Positions 46,494 to 56,622 of a stretch of DNA of 64,000 nucleotides are shown piece after piece. The stretch comes from Armatimonadota bacterium. GTDB taxonomy: Bacteria; Armatimonadota; Armatimonadia; Armatimonadales; Armatimonadaceae. The stretch spans positions 3,244 through 67,243 of the forward strand of contig JBJTQN010000371.1 of assembly GCA_046075665.1 (NCBI GenBank). Reading direction: 5' to 3'. The translations under genes were made by a program, and so were the position numbers. Under the pieces are notes generated by a model. The model searched no databases, had not been told where the DNA came from, and saw only the letters and a program-made list of their open reading frames with translations. Within the stretch, counting starts at the first letter, position 1, and each line of letters begins with the position of its first letter.

Positions 46494-47762
46494 ATGTCCA
46501 CCGTATCCCGACATCCCGACCTTAAAGGTATCCTAGACACTTGGCGTGCCCAAGAGCTTCTTGCATCCGCACCTGCCCGCATTGATCAACATCGAAAGGG
46601 CAACCTAAGCATCCGTGTAACCCGCCCGGATGGTTCCCCGGCACCGGATGGCATCCGCGTCAACATCCGCCAGAAGACCCACGCCTTTGGCTTTGGATGT
46701 GCAGCGCTTAGCCTCCATTCACACGCTGAGCCCGCCGCTGAAGCGCAGTATCAAAAGCTCTTCACGGATGCGTTCAACTTCGCGACAATCATGACCTTTT
46801 GGCATGACATCGAGAAAGAACAAGGCAAGCGGAACACAGAGCTTCATCTTCGACGTGCAAAGACCCTCAAGGCCGCGGGTATTCGGGTCAAGGGACACCC
46901 GCTGATTCTTCCTGGGGTCTGCCCTGGGTGGGTTCCAAAGGATGCGGATGGCGGCCGGGATGCGGTTAAGGACTGGATCACGTATATGGTCCGGACATTT
47001 CGTGGTGTCGTCGATACATGGGATGTCACGGGCGACATATGGACGGCGGACAACCAGAAAAATGGCATCGGAGCTTGGGTGCGTAAGGCTGGACGTCAGC
47101 AGGTCTTCTCGGATGCGCTGCGCTGGACACTGGCGGCAAATCCGAAAGCGACTGCGCTTTACAATGACTTTGCACTCGACAATGCCTATGTTGATTTGGT
47201 ACGCGGGGCGGTTCGGGGTGGTGATCCGCTGCATGTTCAAGGGCTTGAGGCGCACATGGATGGAGCAGGGTGGCTTCTCGAACAGCTGTGGATGCACTCA
47301 GATACGTTTGGGAAGCTGGGCCGTCCTCTTCACTGGTCTGAAATCACCGTAAATAGTAATGACCTTGGGGCGAACGGCCCGCAGACCGATGTGAGTACCC
47401 GTAGTGGTGAGGCGCGTCAGGCTGAGTATGCGGATGCGATGTACCGGCTGCTGTTCTCTCATCCAAATGTGGATGCGATTTGCTGGTGGAACCTCGTGGA
47501 TGGCGACTGGGGAGGAAACCCAGGCGGTTTGGTACGTCGAAATCTGACGCCAAAGCCATCCTACGATGTGGTTCGCCAGTTGGTTCACGAGGAGTGGAAT
47601 TCGACGATGACGAAGCGCACCGATCACCGTGGGGAGGTCGCGGCGCGCGTGTTCGCTGGAGATTATGAGATAACGGTTGATGGAAGCGATGGTGGTGCCC
47701 AGACCGTGGATGTGACCGCGGGCAAGGCAACGCGGCGCGTCACGATAGGTCTTGAAGTTTAG
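46494..47762 (+). CDS. Glycoside hydrolase, GH10-like TIM barrel (atypical)
   Basis: FNFATIMTFWHDIE resembles the GH10 N-terminal block. The WDVTGD region replaces the usual WDVVNE, and SEITV is a candidate nucleophile motif. Confidence 0.4.
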   Translation: MSTVSRHPDLKGILDTWRAQELLASAPARIDQHRKGNLSIRVTRPDGSPAPDGIRVNIRQKTHAFGFGCAALSLHSHAEPAAEAQYQKLFTDAFNFATIMTFWHDIEKEQGKRNTELHLRRAKTLKAAGIRVKGHPLILPGVCPGWVPKDADGGRDAVKDWITYMVRTFRGVVDTWDVTGDIWTADNQKNGIGAWVRKAGRQQVFSDALRWTLAANPKATALYNDFALDNAYVDLVRGAVRGGDPLHVQGLEAHMDGAGWLLEQLWMHSDTFGKLGRPLHWSEITVNSNDLGANGPQTDVSTRSGEARQAEYADAMYRLLFSHPNVDAICWWNLVDGDWGGNPGGLVRRNLTPKPSYDVVRQLVHEEWNSTMTKRTDHRGEVAARVFAGDYEITVDGSDGGAQTVDVTAGKATRRVTIGLEV

Positions 47763-47798
47763 CGGAGTAACGATCGTCTCAGCATTGGGGCGATGCGA

Positions 47799-48623
47799 CT
47801 ACATCGCGCCCATCGTTCCGCCCATGGCCTGTCCACCCATGGTTTGGCCCTTTGAAGCGTCCTCTTCCCACGCCGGGCGCGCAGCGCACAACGGGTCGAT
47901 CCCGCGCAGCATCATCCCCTGACCACGGCTCTCGTGTGTCCGAATCGTTGGCGGGTCTGTGGGGTCACGCATCTGGATGAGCAAGGTTGTGCGTGACTCA
48001 TCGGATGTGTTGATGCCGCTGCCATGAATGGTTAGGTAGGAGAAGAAGAGTACATCCCCTGCATCCGCCGGGCATGGGGTTGCCGTTTCCACCGAATATT
48101 CATCCGGGTCCAGGTGCCAGCCTCCATCCCCGAGGTGTGGTAGCATTCCAAGCTTGTGCGATCCCGGAACGACGCGGACGCAGCCCTTTTCGACAGGCGC
48201 GGAATCGAAATGGATAATCGCCGCAATCATCGAGTGATTGTCATGCGGGAAGTAGGGCGCATCCTGATGCATCGGAAATGGCGAGCCCTTCTCGGCTGGC
48301 TTGATGAACATTTTTGTGTGATGTAGCTGAACGTTTGGGCTGCCGATACAGTCTGCGGCACAGCCGGTGATGCGGTCATCCAGAATAAGCTGTGCGAGCT
48401 TGCCGGATTGAAATTGCACATCGTGGCAGTGGCGGAGCTGCGTGACTCCACGTGTTCCGGCACTGCCCCACGTTGGGTCCTCGATACCACGTAGGTCAGC
48501 GAGGCGTGTTGCGAGTGCGTGGCACTCATCCCGGTAAAGTGATGCCTCAGCGGGGGTGAGGAGGCCTTTGACCAGCACATAGCCGTTGTCGCTGTAAAAC
48601 TGCTTCTGCTCATCCGTCAACAT
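47799..48623 (-). CDS. Phytanoyl-CoA dioxygenase (PhyH) family Fe(II)/2OG oxygenase
   Basis: MLTDEQKQFYSDNGYVLVKGLL, HQDAPYF (HxD) and a late H in VVPGSH. ATG at 48623 chosen. Confidence 0.75.
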   Translation of the reverse strand: MLTDEQKQFYSDNGYVLVKGLLTPAEASLYRDECHALATRLADLRGIEDPTWGSAGTRGVTQLRHCHDVQFQSGKLAQLILDDRITGCAADCIGSPNVQLHHTKMFIKPAEKGSPFPMHQDAPYFPHDNHSMIAAIIHFDSAPVEKGCVRVVPGSHKLGMLPHLGDGGWHLDPDEYSVETATPCPADAGDVLFFSYLTIHGSGINTSDESRTTLLIQMRDPTDPPTIRTHESRGQGMMLRGIDPLCAARPAWEEDASKGQTMGGQAMGGTMGAM

Positions 48624-48960
48624 CGTAGTTACCTTCAATTGTCCTTGCTGGGAGTTTCGATAGTTTAGCGCGAACGGGAGCGTTTTTCGCTGGCTGATTC
48701 CACCGCAGCCGCAGGTTTCACTGGGATAAAGGGGCAGACGGGGGCAGGAGAGAGCCCTGCGTGAACATTGCATACAGCGCGCTGATTTGAAATCAATACA
48801 TTTGTTAAGCCTAATGAAAATGACTTAAATCATAAATTTTGCGTTGATTGCTCAATTATTCCGATTAACGTACGTAACACACGGACTTTCTGGGTTTGCG
48901 ATGTCAGGGTGAAACCACATAATGAGATTGTAAGTATCCTCACCCTACTGTTGTTAACTC

Positions 48961-50160
48961 ATGGCACATCGATATCAGCGGAAACCGCGCGTACTCCTAA
49001 TCAGTCACTCCTGCCGAAAGGCAGTTGAGGGACATCCGCGTGCCGCTGCTCTTCATGCCCTCGGGACGGTAGATCTCAAAGTCATCACGCCCCGCACCTG
49101 GCGTTTCTACGGCAAGTGGACGGGAGTTGAACATCCACATCCATCACTGTTCCAGATGACCGACCACGCTGTCGTCTTCCCCTGGCTTCCAGTGATTGGG
49201 TCTCATATGCATACCTATGTCGGTCTCCGGCATATTCTCAATGGCTTTCAACCCGATATCGTGGATATCTGGGAAGAGCCGTGGGCGATGGTTAGTGCGC
49301 ACGCCACACACCTCATCCGGCGGGACTACCCCGGCACGAAGATTCTGTTGGAAACAGAACAAAATCTTTACAAAAAGCTACCTCCGCCATTTGCAAACTT
49401 CTGGCAATATTCCTGTCGTGAAGCCGATTACCTTGTTGGGCGTAGCGAGGAAGCAGTGGATGTCTCAAAGGCGTATGGGTACAGTGGTGAAGCGGCTGTC
49501 TTACCAAATGGCGTCGATACCACCCAGTTCCACCCACGGAACCGCGCCATCAGCCGTGTCCGCTTTGGTATTCCGGATGAGCGATTCATCGTCGGTTACG
49601 CTGGACGCTTTGTCGAAGAAAAGGGCCTGATGGATCTTTTGAATGCGGTTGGCACATCTGATTCGAGAGTCCACTGTTGGCTTGTCGGTGGCGGTCCTCA
49701 AAAGGATGAACTGGCAGCACGCGCTGCACAGAATGACCTTCAGGGACGTGTGCACTTCCTGCCAAACCAGAATCACACCGCACTTGCGGAAATCATGAGC
49801 GCCTTTGATGTGTTTGCGCTTCCGAGTCGAACTGTAGGCAACTGGAAAGAGCAGTTCGGCCGAGTGATTGCTGAAGCTGGTGCCGCCGGAATAGCCGTCA
49901 TCGGATCTGATTCTGGCGCTATCCCGGATGTCATCGGGGATGCGGGCATTGTCTTCCCAGAGGGTGATGAAAAAGCGATTGCAGCTGCTATCCGCACGCT
50001 TCACGAACAACCAAGGGTTCGTGCTGAGTTTGGCAGAAACGGTCGTCGACGCGCCGAAGAGCTTTACTCATGGCAACCCGTTGCAAAGCAGTACAGCGAT
50101 CTCCTCCTCTACCTTGCAGACTTGAAGGAGCGTCCTGACTTCACACAGGACATTGTTTAA
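48961..50160 (+). CDS. Glycosyltransferase family 4 (GT-B, group 1)
   Basis: C-terminal EQFGRVIAEAGAAGIAVIGSDSGAIPDVI matches the E-x7-E GT4 motif region. Confidence 0.8.
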   Translation: MAHRYQRKPRVLLISHSCRKAVEGHPRAAALHALGTVDLKVITPRTWRFYGKWTGVEHPHPSLFQMTDHAVVFPWLPVIGSHMHTYVGLRHILNGFQPDIVDIWEEPWAMVSAHATHLIRRDYPGTKILLETEQNLYKKLPPPFANFWQYSCREADYLVGRSEEAVDVSKAYGYSGEAAVLPNGVDTTQFHPRNRAISRVRFGIPDERFIVGYAGRFVEEKGLMDLLNAVGTSDSRVHCWLVGGGPQKDELAARAAQNDLQGRVHFLPNQNHTALAEIMSAFDVFALPSRTVGNWKEQFGRVIAEAGAAGIAVIGSDSGAIPDVIGDAGIVFPEGDEKAIAAAIRTLHEQPRVRAEFGRNGRRRAEELYSWQPVAKQYSDLLLYLADLKERPDFTQDIV

Positions 50161-50163
50161 GGA

Positions 50164-51033
50164 TTATAGCTTTAGGTAGCGCTGAAGGCTCATCAGCGAA
50201 CCAACCATCCCCAGCAGGACTCCAGCTCCAATAATCGCACCACCGACGGGTAAAGGCGCTATTTTGGCCGCGTACATTACGATAATCGGAATCGGCTCAG
50301 TCAGCTTCCGGACATAGAATCCCGCACCATAAAGAATCAGGCTGGCTGCCAAGCCACCTGCAAGCCCGTGAATCATCCCTTCGAGGACCAACGGAAGACG
50401 GATAAAGCCTGCGGTCGCGCCGACGATTCGCATGATGTGAACTTCGCGGCGCCGGGCGTGGACGCTCAGGCGAATCGTGTTCATGACGACGAGCAGCGCG
50501 CCACCCCCGAGGAGAAAACCGCCGATAATTCCAAGGTTTCGCAGAAAGTCACCAATGCGAACGACGGTGCGCAGCTCATCCTCAGGGACATCCACACTCT
50601 CGACCTCACCATGCCAGGACTTTGCCTGAAATGCGACATCGGCCGCAGCCTTAGGATCGCCGAGCTTTACCAACAACGTATGTGGGAAGAGATTCGGGAT
50701 GCCCGTTGTGTCAATAGGCATCGACTTCATTTGCGTCTTGAACGAGTCTTCACGACTGATAAAGATGACCTGTTTGACACCGCGGATATCGAGTAGCTTT
50801 CGCTTGATGGGCCCAAGCTCGGATTGCGGGAGATCTGCGCGGCAGAAGACGCGCACCTCGAACGCATCAACCGTTTTTTGTGCGAGGTGTCTCACCTGCC
50901 AGGCGGCGATCAAAAATGAGCCACAGAGGCTGAGTGCCACCGCAAGGCTGGAGATAGCGGCGGCGGTCATGATGCCGTGGCGCATCAGGTTTACGTAGGC
51001 TTCGCGGATTAGAAATGGGATAGACCGGATCAA
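50164..51033 (-). CDS. ftsX: Cell division permease FtsX
   Basis: IREAYVNLMRHGIMT start, a periplasmic loop and three C-terminal TM segments. 4-nt overlap with ftsE. Confidence 0.85.
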   Translation of the reverse strand: MIRSIPFLIREAYVNLMRHGIMTAAAISSLAVALSLCGSFLIAAWQVRHLAQKTVDAFEVRVFCRADLPQSELGPIKRKLLDIRGVKQVIFISREDSFKTQMKSMPIDTTGIPNLFPHTLLVKLGDPKAAADVAFQAKSWHGEVESVDVPEDELRTVVRIGDFLRNLGIIGGFLLGGGALLVVMNTIRLSVHARRREVHIMRIVGATAGFIRLPLVLEGMIHGLAGGLAASLILYGAGFYVRKLTEPIPIIVMYAAKIAPLPVGGAIIGAGVLLGMVGSLMSLQRYLKL

Positions 51034-52052
51034 TTTGCTTCCTCCTGGTCATCCACGCCGTAGGATCCAACCGCTTCATCCCTCAGGATACGTCCACCGG
51101 AGAGCGCAACAACGCGCTTCTGAAGCCGGTCGACCGTGGATTTGTCGTGGGTTGCGACGACGACGGTAGTACCGCGCGCCGCGGTTTCCACGAGGAGGTC
51201 CATGATCTCGGCGCCTGTTTTGGGGTCGAGGCTTCCGGTAGGCTCATCGGCCACAAGGAGCGGCGGGTCGTTGATCAGCGCACGCGCAATCGCCACACGC
51301 TGCTGTTCGCCGCCCGAGAGCTCATTGGGGTATGCATCCGCACGATGCAGCATCCCTACACGCTCCAGCACTTCCGGGAGGCGTTTACGCGTTTCCCGGC
51401 GGCTTTGCCCTATGACATGGCATGCGAAGGCAACATTTTCCCAGACGGTGCGGCGTGGAAGAAGTCCAAAGTCCTGAAGAATGATGCCCATTCGGCGGCG
51501 CACATACGGTGTGTCGCTGGACTTTGCCGTTGTTAGGTCGCGACCATTGACCCAAACACGTCCGCTGGTCGCGCGTGCATCCATGTACAGAAGCTTTAGA
51601 ATCGTGGATTTGCCCGCACCCGTAGCGCCCACCAAAAAGACAAAGTCGCCGTGCGGAATCATTAAGTCGATGTCCGTGAGTGCTTTGACACCATTTGCGT
51701 ATTGAACGCTGACATTGCTCAGTGCGATGATTGGTTCGGAGACAGTCGGCTTTGATTGCGTTCCAGGGGCTGGTGCACCAAGAAGTGATGCCGGATCTGG
51801 CGGTGGAGGCGGAACGAGCTCCGGACCATTGTTCTCGGACACGGGACTCTGAACTTCAACCGCAGGAGAGCTTACGCCATCATCCACAAGGCCAAACCCG
51901 GATGTAGTTACAGGCGGGTTATCTTCGCGCTCAGACGATGGCGGAACAAGGCCAAACTCAGCCTGTTTGGCAGCAAGCGTTTTCGCCTCACCTGCGTTTG
52001 ATGATTCAGGCGTTAGGGCTGGGTTTGGGTTGGTTTCAGGTTCGGTCATCAT
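51030..52052 (-). CDS. ftsE: Cell division ATPase FtsE with a ~105-aa proline-rich N-terminal extension
   Basis: Walker A GATGAGKST, LSGGEQQRVAIARA and ADEPTGSLD. The start ATGA overlaps the mtaB stop. I found no internal ATG/GTG/TTG start just before the ABC core. Confidence 0.85.
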   Translation of the reverse strand: MMTEPETNPNPALTPESSNAGEAKTLAAKQAEFGLVPPSSEREDNPPVTTSGFGLVDDGVSSPAVEVQSPVSENNGPELVPPPPPDPASLLGAPAPGTQSKPTVSEPIIALSNVSVQYANGVKALTDIDLMIPHGDFVFLVGATGAGKSTILKLLYMDARATSGRVWVNGRDLTTAKSSDTPYVRRRMGIILQDFGLLPRRTVWENVAFACHVIGQSRRETRKRLPEVLERVGMLHRADAYPNELSGGEQQRVAIARALINDPPLLVADEPTGSLDPKTGAEIMDLLVETAARGTTVVVATHDKSTVDRLQKRVVALSGGRILRDEAVGSYGVDDQEEAN

Positions 52053-53404
52053 GAGGAAGTCAATACAGGAAGCTCCAATGGCTGCCGCACCAGGTTTGGT
52101 GAGGCTACTTCCATTAGTACATCCAAATCATCAACAATATTCCCCGCGATTCCATCATTCGTCAATGCATTAAGAGAAACGTTAACCACATTCCCAATCA
52201 ACACTTTTGGAGCCGTACACGTCACCCGTATATAGTTCGTGGTGTAGCCTGACAATGTTCCCGCGGAGCCCTCGGAGTTTTCGAGGAGAACCGGCATCGT
52301 TCTCCCGATGTACCTCGCGGCAAAGCTCCGCGTGGATGCATCCACAACGGCCTGTAGCTCCGCGTGACGGCGTTTCTTTGTCGCATCATCGACATCATCC
52401 ACCATGTCTGCAGCCTTTGTCCGAGGGCGCGGAGAATGGCGGAATACGTGAGTCTTCTGGAAACCAACCCGCTGCGCAAATGCCAGCGTGTTCTGATGCA
52501 TTTCTTCCGTCTCACCCGGATACCCGACGATGAGGTCAGTGGTGATTGCAACATCCGGGATACGTTCGCGCAGCTTTGCAACCAGCGCCTCATAAAACTC
52601 CGTGGTGTACGGACGGTTCATGGCCTTGAGGATGGTGTCATCCCCGGATTGACAGGACAGATGCAAGTGCGGGCACAGGCCCGGCGTGGATGTATAGGCA
52701 TCAATCACCGAGTCGATCACTTCGATTGGCTGGATGCTTGAGAGGCGGACACGGTCGATGCCTAGCTGTGCAGCGACTCCGCGAAGGACATCCGCGAGCA
52801 GCTCGCCACCGCTCCCCGAATCGGGCCCATACGCTCCGACACAGACACCGGTGACAACCACTTCGCGGCAGCCCGATGCGCCAAAGTCACGCGCCTCAGC
52901 AATCACATCAGCGAATGGCCGACTCTCAAGCACTTTACGCGTATAGGGAATCTGACAGAAGCCACAAAAGTGCTCACAGCCATCCTGAATCTTCAGCGTT
53001 GCACGAGTTCGCTTGCCGCGTGGCGGAAGTGTTGCTGGACTGGATGACAGCATGTCAAGATCAGGGCGCTGCGCTGCGACCAGTGCGTATGCATCCATTT
53101 TGCGATCATTCGGGATGAGCAGCGTTGCGCCTTCGACCCAGCCACCATCATCGATGACCTGTTGCGAATGGCATCCCGTCATCGCGACGACAGCCGCCGG
53201 GTTGTTACGCTGTGCTCTTCGGGCGAGGTAGCGACTCTTTTTGTCCGCGGCACTGGTGACCGAACAGGAGTTGATTACGTAGATGTCCGCGGGGCTGTCA
53301 AAGTCTACGAGGGTGAAGCCGGCCCGCAGGAAGTCCTCAGCGATTTTCTCGGTCTCGTACTGGTTTACCTTACAGCCAAGCGTTGTCAAAGCAACGACAG
53401 GCAT
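52049..53404 (-). CDS. mtaB: tRNA methylthiotransferase (MtaB-like radical SAM)
   Basis: TLGCKVNQYETE N-terminal cluster, radical SAM CEHFCGFCQIPY and a TRAM-like C-terminus. Confidence 0.8.
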   Translation of the reverse strand: MPVVALTTLGCKVNQYETEKIAEDFLRAGFTLVDFDSPADIYVINSCSVTSAADKKSRYLARRAQRNNPAAVVAMTGCHSQQVIDDGGWVEGATLLIPNDRKMDAYALVAAQRPDLDMLSSSPATLPPRGKRTRATLKIQDGCEHFCGFCQIPYTRKVLESRPFADVIAEARDFGASGCREVVVTGVCVGAYGPDSGSGGELLADVLRGVAAQLGIDRVRLSSIQPIEVIDSVIDAYTSTPGLCPHLHLSCQSGDDTILKAMNRPYTTEFYEALVAKLRERIPDVAITTDLIVGYPGETEEMHQNTLAFAQRVGFQKTHVFRHSPRPRTKAADMVDDVDDATKKRRHAELQAVVDASTRSFAARYIGRTMPVLLENSEGSAGTLSGYTTNYIRVTCTAPKVLIGNVVNVSLNALTNDGIAGNIVDDLDVLMEVASPNLVRQPLELPVLTSS

Positions 53405-53521
53405 ACCGAAAGTCTACCATTTGGGAATATTTCTCAATGCTTTCAGACATCTACAGGAATGATTCTACGAATCCACATTGATGAAAATGCACTACACACG
53501 GAATTGACGTAAAACGCTGGC

Positions 53522-54532
53522 ATGTCGACAACGCTCCTCTCCCACTCCGGCCCTATCCGCTGGGGTATCCTCGGCCCTGGTTCCATCGCCCATAAGCTCA
53601 CAAAGAGCGTCCAGGCACAACCTGAAACACACGCTGTACAGGCGGTAGGTTCCCGAGACATCGCGAAGGCACAGTCATTCGCAAGTCAATATGACATCCC
53701 AACCGCACACGGCTCCTATGAAGCACTCTGTGCCGACCCCAATGTGGATGTCATTTATGTTGCAACCCCGCATCCTCTGCACAAAGAGCATTGTCTCCTC
53801 GCGATTGCACACGGAAAACACGTCCTGTGCGAGAAGCCATTCACCATCAATGCAAATGAGCTTCAGGAAGTCGTAGATGCTGCGCGTGCCAAGCGTGTAT
53901 TTCTGATGGAAGCGATGTGGTCCCGTTTCTTCCCACTGATGCACAAGCTTCGTGAGCTGCTGGACACAAAGGCGATTGGCGATGTCCGGATGGTGTATGC
54001 AGACTTTGGTTTCAGCGCGACATTCAACCCGGCGAGCCGATTGTTTGATCCCGCGCTCGGCGGTGGCGCCCTCCTTGATGTCGGCGTTTACGCAGTCAGC
54101 TTTACATCCTTTGTGCTCGGCGAGCCTGTGCGTATCGAGAGCATGATGACGCCTGCGCCAACCGGTGTAGATGCGCAAGCTGCGTGTATTCTCGGCTACG
54201 ATGGCGGCGAGCTCGCATTGGTCTCGACGGCTGTGACGACGAATACACCGTGGGAGGCAACCATTCTTGGGACCAATGGAAAGATTCGCTTACATGCGAG
54301 TGCATGGCATCCAACGAAGATGACGGTGTCCATTAGTGGGCAACCGGATGACCTTCAGGAATTCGATGCACATGAGACTGGGTTTTACTACGAGGTTGAG
54401 GAAGTTGGAAACTGCCTGTGGGCTGGAAAGCTTGAGAGCGACATTCTTTCTCTGGATGAGTCGCTGGGCATTATGCGGACGCTTGACCGCATTCGCGCAC
54501 CGTGGGGATTGAAGTACCCAAGCGAAGCCTAG
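53522..54532 (+). CDS. Gfo/Idh/MocA family oxidoreductase
   Basis: Rossmann IRWGILGPGSIAHK and the EKP motif (CEKPFT). Confidence 0.8.
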   Translation: MSTTLLSHSGPIRWGILGPGSIAHKLTKSVQAQPETHAVQAVGSRDIAKAQSFASQYDIPTAHGSYEALCADPNVDVIYVATPHPLHKEHCLLAIAHGKHVLCEKPFTINANELQEVVDAARAKRVFLMEAMWSRFFPLMHKLRELLDTKAIGDVRMVYADFGFSATFNPASRLFDPALGGGALLDVGVYAVSFTSFVLGEPVRIESMMTPAPTGVDAQAACILGYDGGELALVSTAVTTNTPWEATILGTNGKIRLHASAWHPTKMTVSISGQPDDLQEFDAHETGFYYEVEEVGNCLWAGKLESDILSLDESLGIMRTLDRIRAPWGLKYPSEA

Positions 54533-54800
54533 TTTCTGATTTGGCAATGAGAAACCCCGCATGGTAATCGCCGCGCGAGTTTTTTGCTTTTGTTACATGA
54601 TGATCTTCAGCTACGCACTTTAGGAAGTTGGAAACTGCCTGCGGGCTGGAAAGCTTGAGAGCGACATTCTTTCTCTGGATGAGTCACTGGGCATTATGCG
54701 GACGCTTGACCGCATCCGCGCACCGTGGGGACTGAAGTACCCTAGCGAAGCCTAGTTTCTGATTTGGCAATGAGAAACCCCGCATGGTAATCGCCGCGCG
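54399..54800 (+). repeat. Direct duplication of the oxidoreductase 3' end plus terminator. Copy 1 is 54399-54577 and copy 2 is 54622-54800.
   Basis: 179-bp copies offset by 223 bp, with 5 mismatches by my alignment. Confidence 0.9.
54622..54755 (+). pseudogene. Relic 3' fragment (44 codons) of a Gfo/Idh/MocA oxidoreductase paralog or allele
   Basis: In-frame copy of the last 44 codons, preceded by an in-frame TAG. It has no start and no upstream coding sequence. Confidence 0.8.
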
Positions 54801-54809
54801 GGGGTTTTT
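54778..54809. terminator. Intrinsic terminator (intact copy)
   Basis: CCCCGC...GCGGGG stem flanked by AAA and TTTTT. In copy 1 the corresponding right arm is degraded (GCGAG). Confidence 0.7.
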
Positions 54810-54820
54810 GTCGTTGCCGT

Positions 54821-55435
54821 CTATTCGGAATCAGTCGATGGCGGTGGTTCCGATTGAGAGAGCTCAACTTCGACTGACTCTGACTCCGTTGGTTCGACTT
54901 CGACGGAGGAATCATCCAGCACCGAAGGTTCATCTACAACGGATTCTGCATCAACGGGTGCTGAGGCATCACCATCTTCATCAACATCGACGCTAACATT
55001 CCGTAGCTCTTCCATCCGTTGGCGGAGGATTGCCGCCAGACCATCCGGGTCATCCGTGCCAACCCACACTTTGCGACCACTCGCAAAGACCACTTCAATC
55101 GCATCGTGGCCGCTAACATTAAACAACCATGCATCCCCGACCCAGCGGATTCCGTAGCCGGCGTACCATGGAACGGTTCGCTCTGTAATCTGCGTGATCT
55201 CGCTAAGCGGAAATCGGAAGGCAAGTAAGCCAATACCATAGCGAACCGTAAGCGTGTTCTCAGTGACAATGGTTGTCAGCTGATAAAACACCACCTGTAA
55301 CGCAGCGATCATTAGCAAAATGCTCTGAAACTCGCCACGCTCGCCCGGAGTAAACGCTGCGACAAGCGCAAACCACACCGCCATCGCTGTGAGGGCAAAA
55401 ACAGTGAACCAGCCAAATTGACGATGAATGTACAT
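54821..55435 (-). CDS. Hypothetical membrane protein with an acidic C-terminal tail
   Basis: Two N-terminal TM helices, a small soluble domain and a D/E/S/V-rich tail with repeated SVEVE. Confidence 0.55.
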   Translation of the reverse strand: MYIHRQFGWFTVFALTAMAVWFALVAAFTPGERGEFQSILLMIAALQVVFYQLTTIVTENTLTVRYGIGLLAFRFPLSEITQITERTVPWYAGYGIRWVGDAWLFNVSGHDAIEVVFASGRKVWVGTDDPDGLAAILRQRMEELRNVSVDVDEDGDASAPVDAESVVDEPSVLDDSSVEVEPTESESVEVELSQSEPPPSTDSE

Positions 55436-55488
55436 GAGAGGTAACGGTTAACTTTCGGTATATAAGCCTACCCTACCCACACAAAGTG

Positions 55489-56622
55489 TCAACCGGCAAC
55501 AATCTCAACATTTGCACGCGGAACAGTCACTATTTCGCCTGTAGAGTTCAATTTTGCCTCCAAAACGCGAACTTCAGCCCCGGAACCTACTGTCACAAGG
55601 TGATGAGGCAGTGCCGTAACGGTCGCAAGAAGTCCAAAATAAGGCTCACGGATGATGCGGATATTCGTTCCTGGCTCCAATGAAAAGCTTGGCACGACTT
55701 CATCCGCTGATGTTCCACCTGCATTTTCGCTGTCATCTGCAACGATGACTTCCGGGCGAATAACTCCCGCACGGATTTGCGTGGCTCCGCAAATGCTCGC
55801 CGCTCTTCCGACTAGTGATTTCAGGAGGTTGAATGTCCGGCCGGCCATCGCAATCGTACCAAAGCCTTCAGTCAACACCAATGTAAGCGGTATGTCCTCA
55901 TGTCCAGTGATTGCTACGCCGATATCGTAACCAAGATAATCAACGAGGTCTTTGTCAACAATTCCACCGACAACAATGCCAGTGACGCCGAGCTCGTGTG
56001 CTTTACGCAGCGCTTCGCCGCTCAGGTTGGAACCGCCAACAATGATTTTGCCGGCATGCTCCGCCGTAATCATGTCTGCGGTTATCGGTTGATCCGGACC
56101 GGATGTAATCATCATAATTTCGCCACGGCGTTCGCCGCCAATGCCGAAAATACCCTGAATTAGCGCGCCGTGGGCTTCGATGACAACACCTTCGCCATCA
56201 AGGACTTCAACAATCTTCCCCGGGATATAGGCATCCACTTCGATCGGCGTTGGGGCCTCACGGACGCCGACATTTCCTGTGATGTTTGAGATCAGCTCAA
56301 CGGTACCTGTCGTGTTGGACTTGCACTCAGACTTGAATAGACCCCACATCCCTTTGGTAACGGCAACAATATCGCCACGATTCACTTTGTCACCGACCTT
56401 GACGGTGAGGAGTGCGGGGACTTCGCTGGGTTCGATGCCAAGCTTGCTTGCAACCTTGATGGGCTGCATGATGCCCGGGAGCTCTGCACGCGCTACTTTG
56501 TCTGCCGGGGACACCCATGTACCAGTAGTTGAGAGTACAGTTCCCTTAAGCGGCAAGCGTCGCGTTTTGATAATGGTAGTCCGTGCACTGACGGTAAGTC
56601 CGGGTGTGTATGCGCCACTCAT
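55489..56622 (-). CDS. Conserved-looking hypothetical protein (377 aa) with a barrel-sandwich (lipoyl/biotinyl-like) motif
   Basis: VKVGDKVNRGDIVAV-type motif at the N-terminus and a Gly-rich central region (GKIIVGGSN, GIVVGGI). The start abuts the methyltransferase stop with a 0-nt gap. Confidence 0.55.
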   Translation of the reverse strand: MSGAYTPGLTVSARTTIIKTRRLPLKGTVLSTTGTWVSPADKVARAELPGIMQPIKVASKLGIEPSEVPALLTVKVGDKVNRGDIVAVTKGMWGLFKSECKSNTTGTVELISNITGNVGVREAPTPIEVDAYIPGKIVEVLDGEGVVIEAHGALIQGIFGIGGERRGEIMMITSGPDQPITADMITAEHAGKIIVGGSNLSGEALRKAHELGVTGIVVGGIVDKDLVDYLGYDIGVAITGHEDIPLTLVLTEGFGTIAMAGRTFNLLKSLVGRAASICGATQIRAGVIRPEVIVADDSENAGGTSADEVVPSFSLEPGTNIRIIREPYFGLLATVTALPHHLVTVGSGAEVRVLEAKLNSTGEIVTVPRANVEIVAG

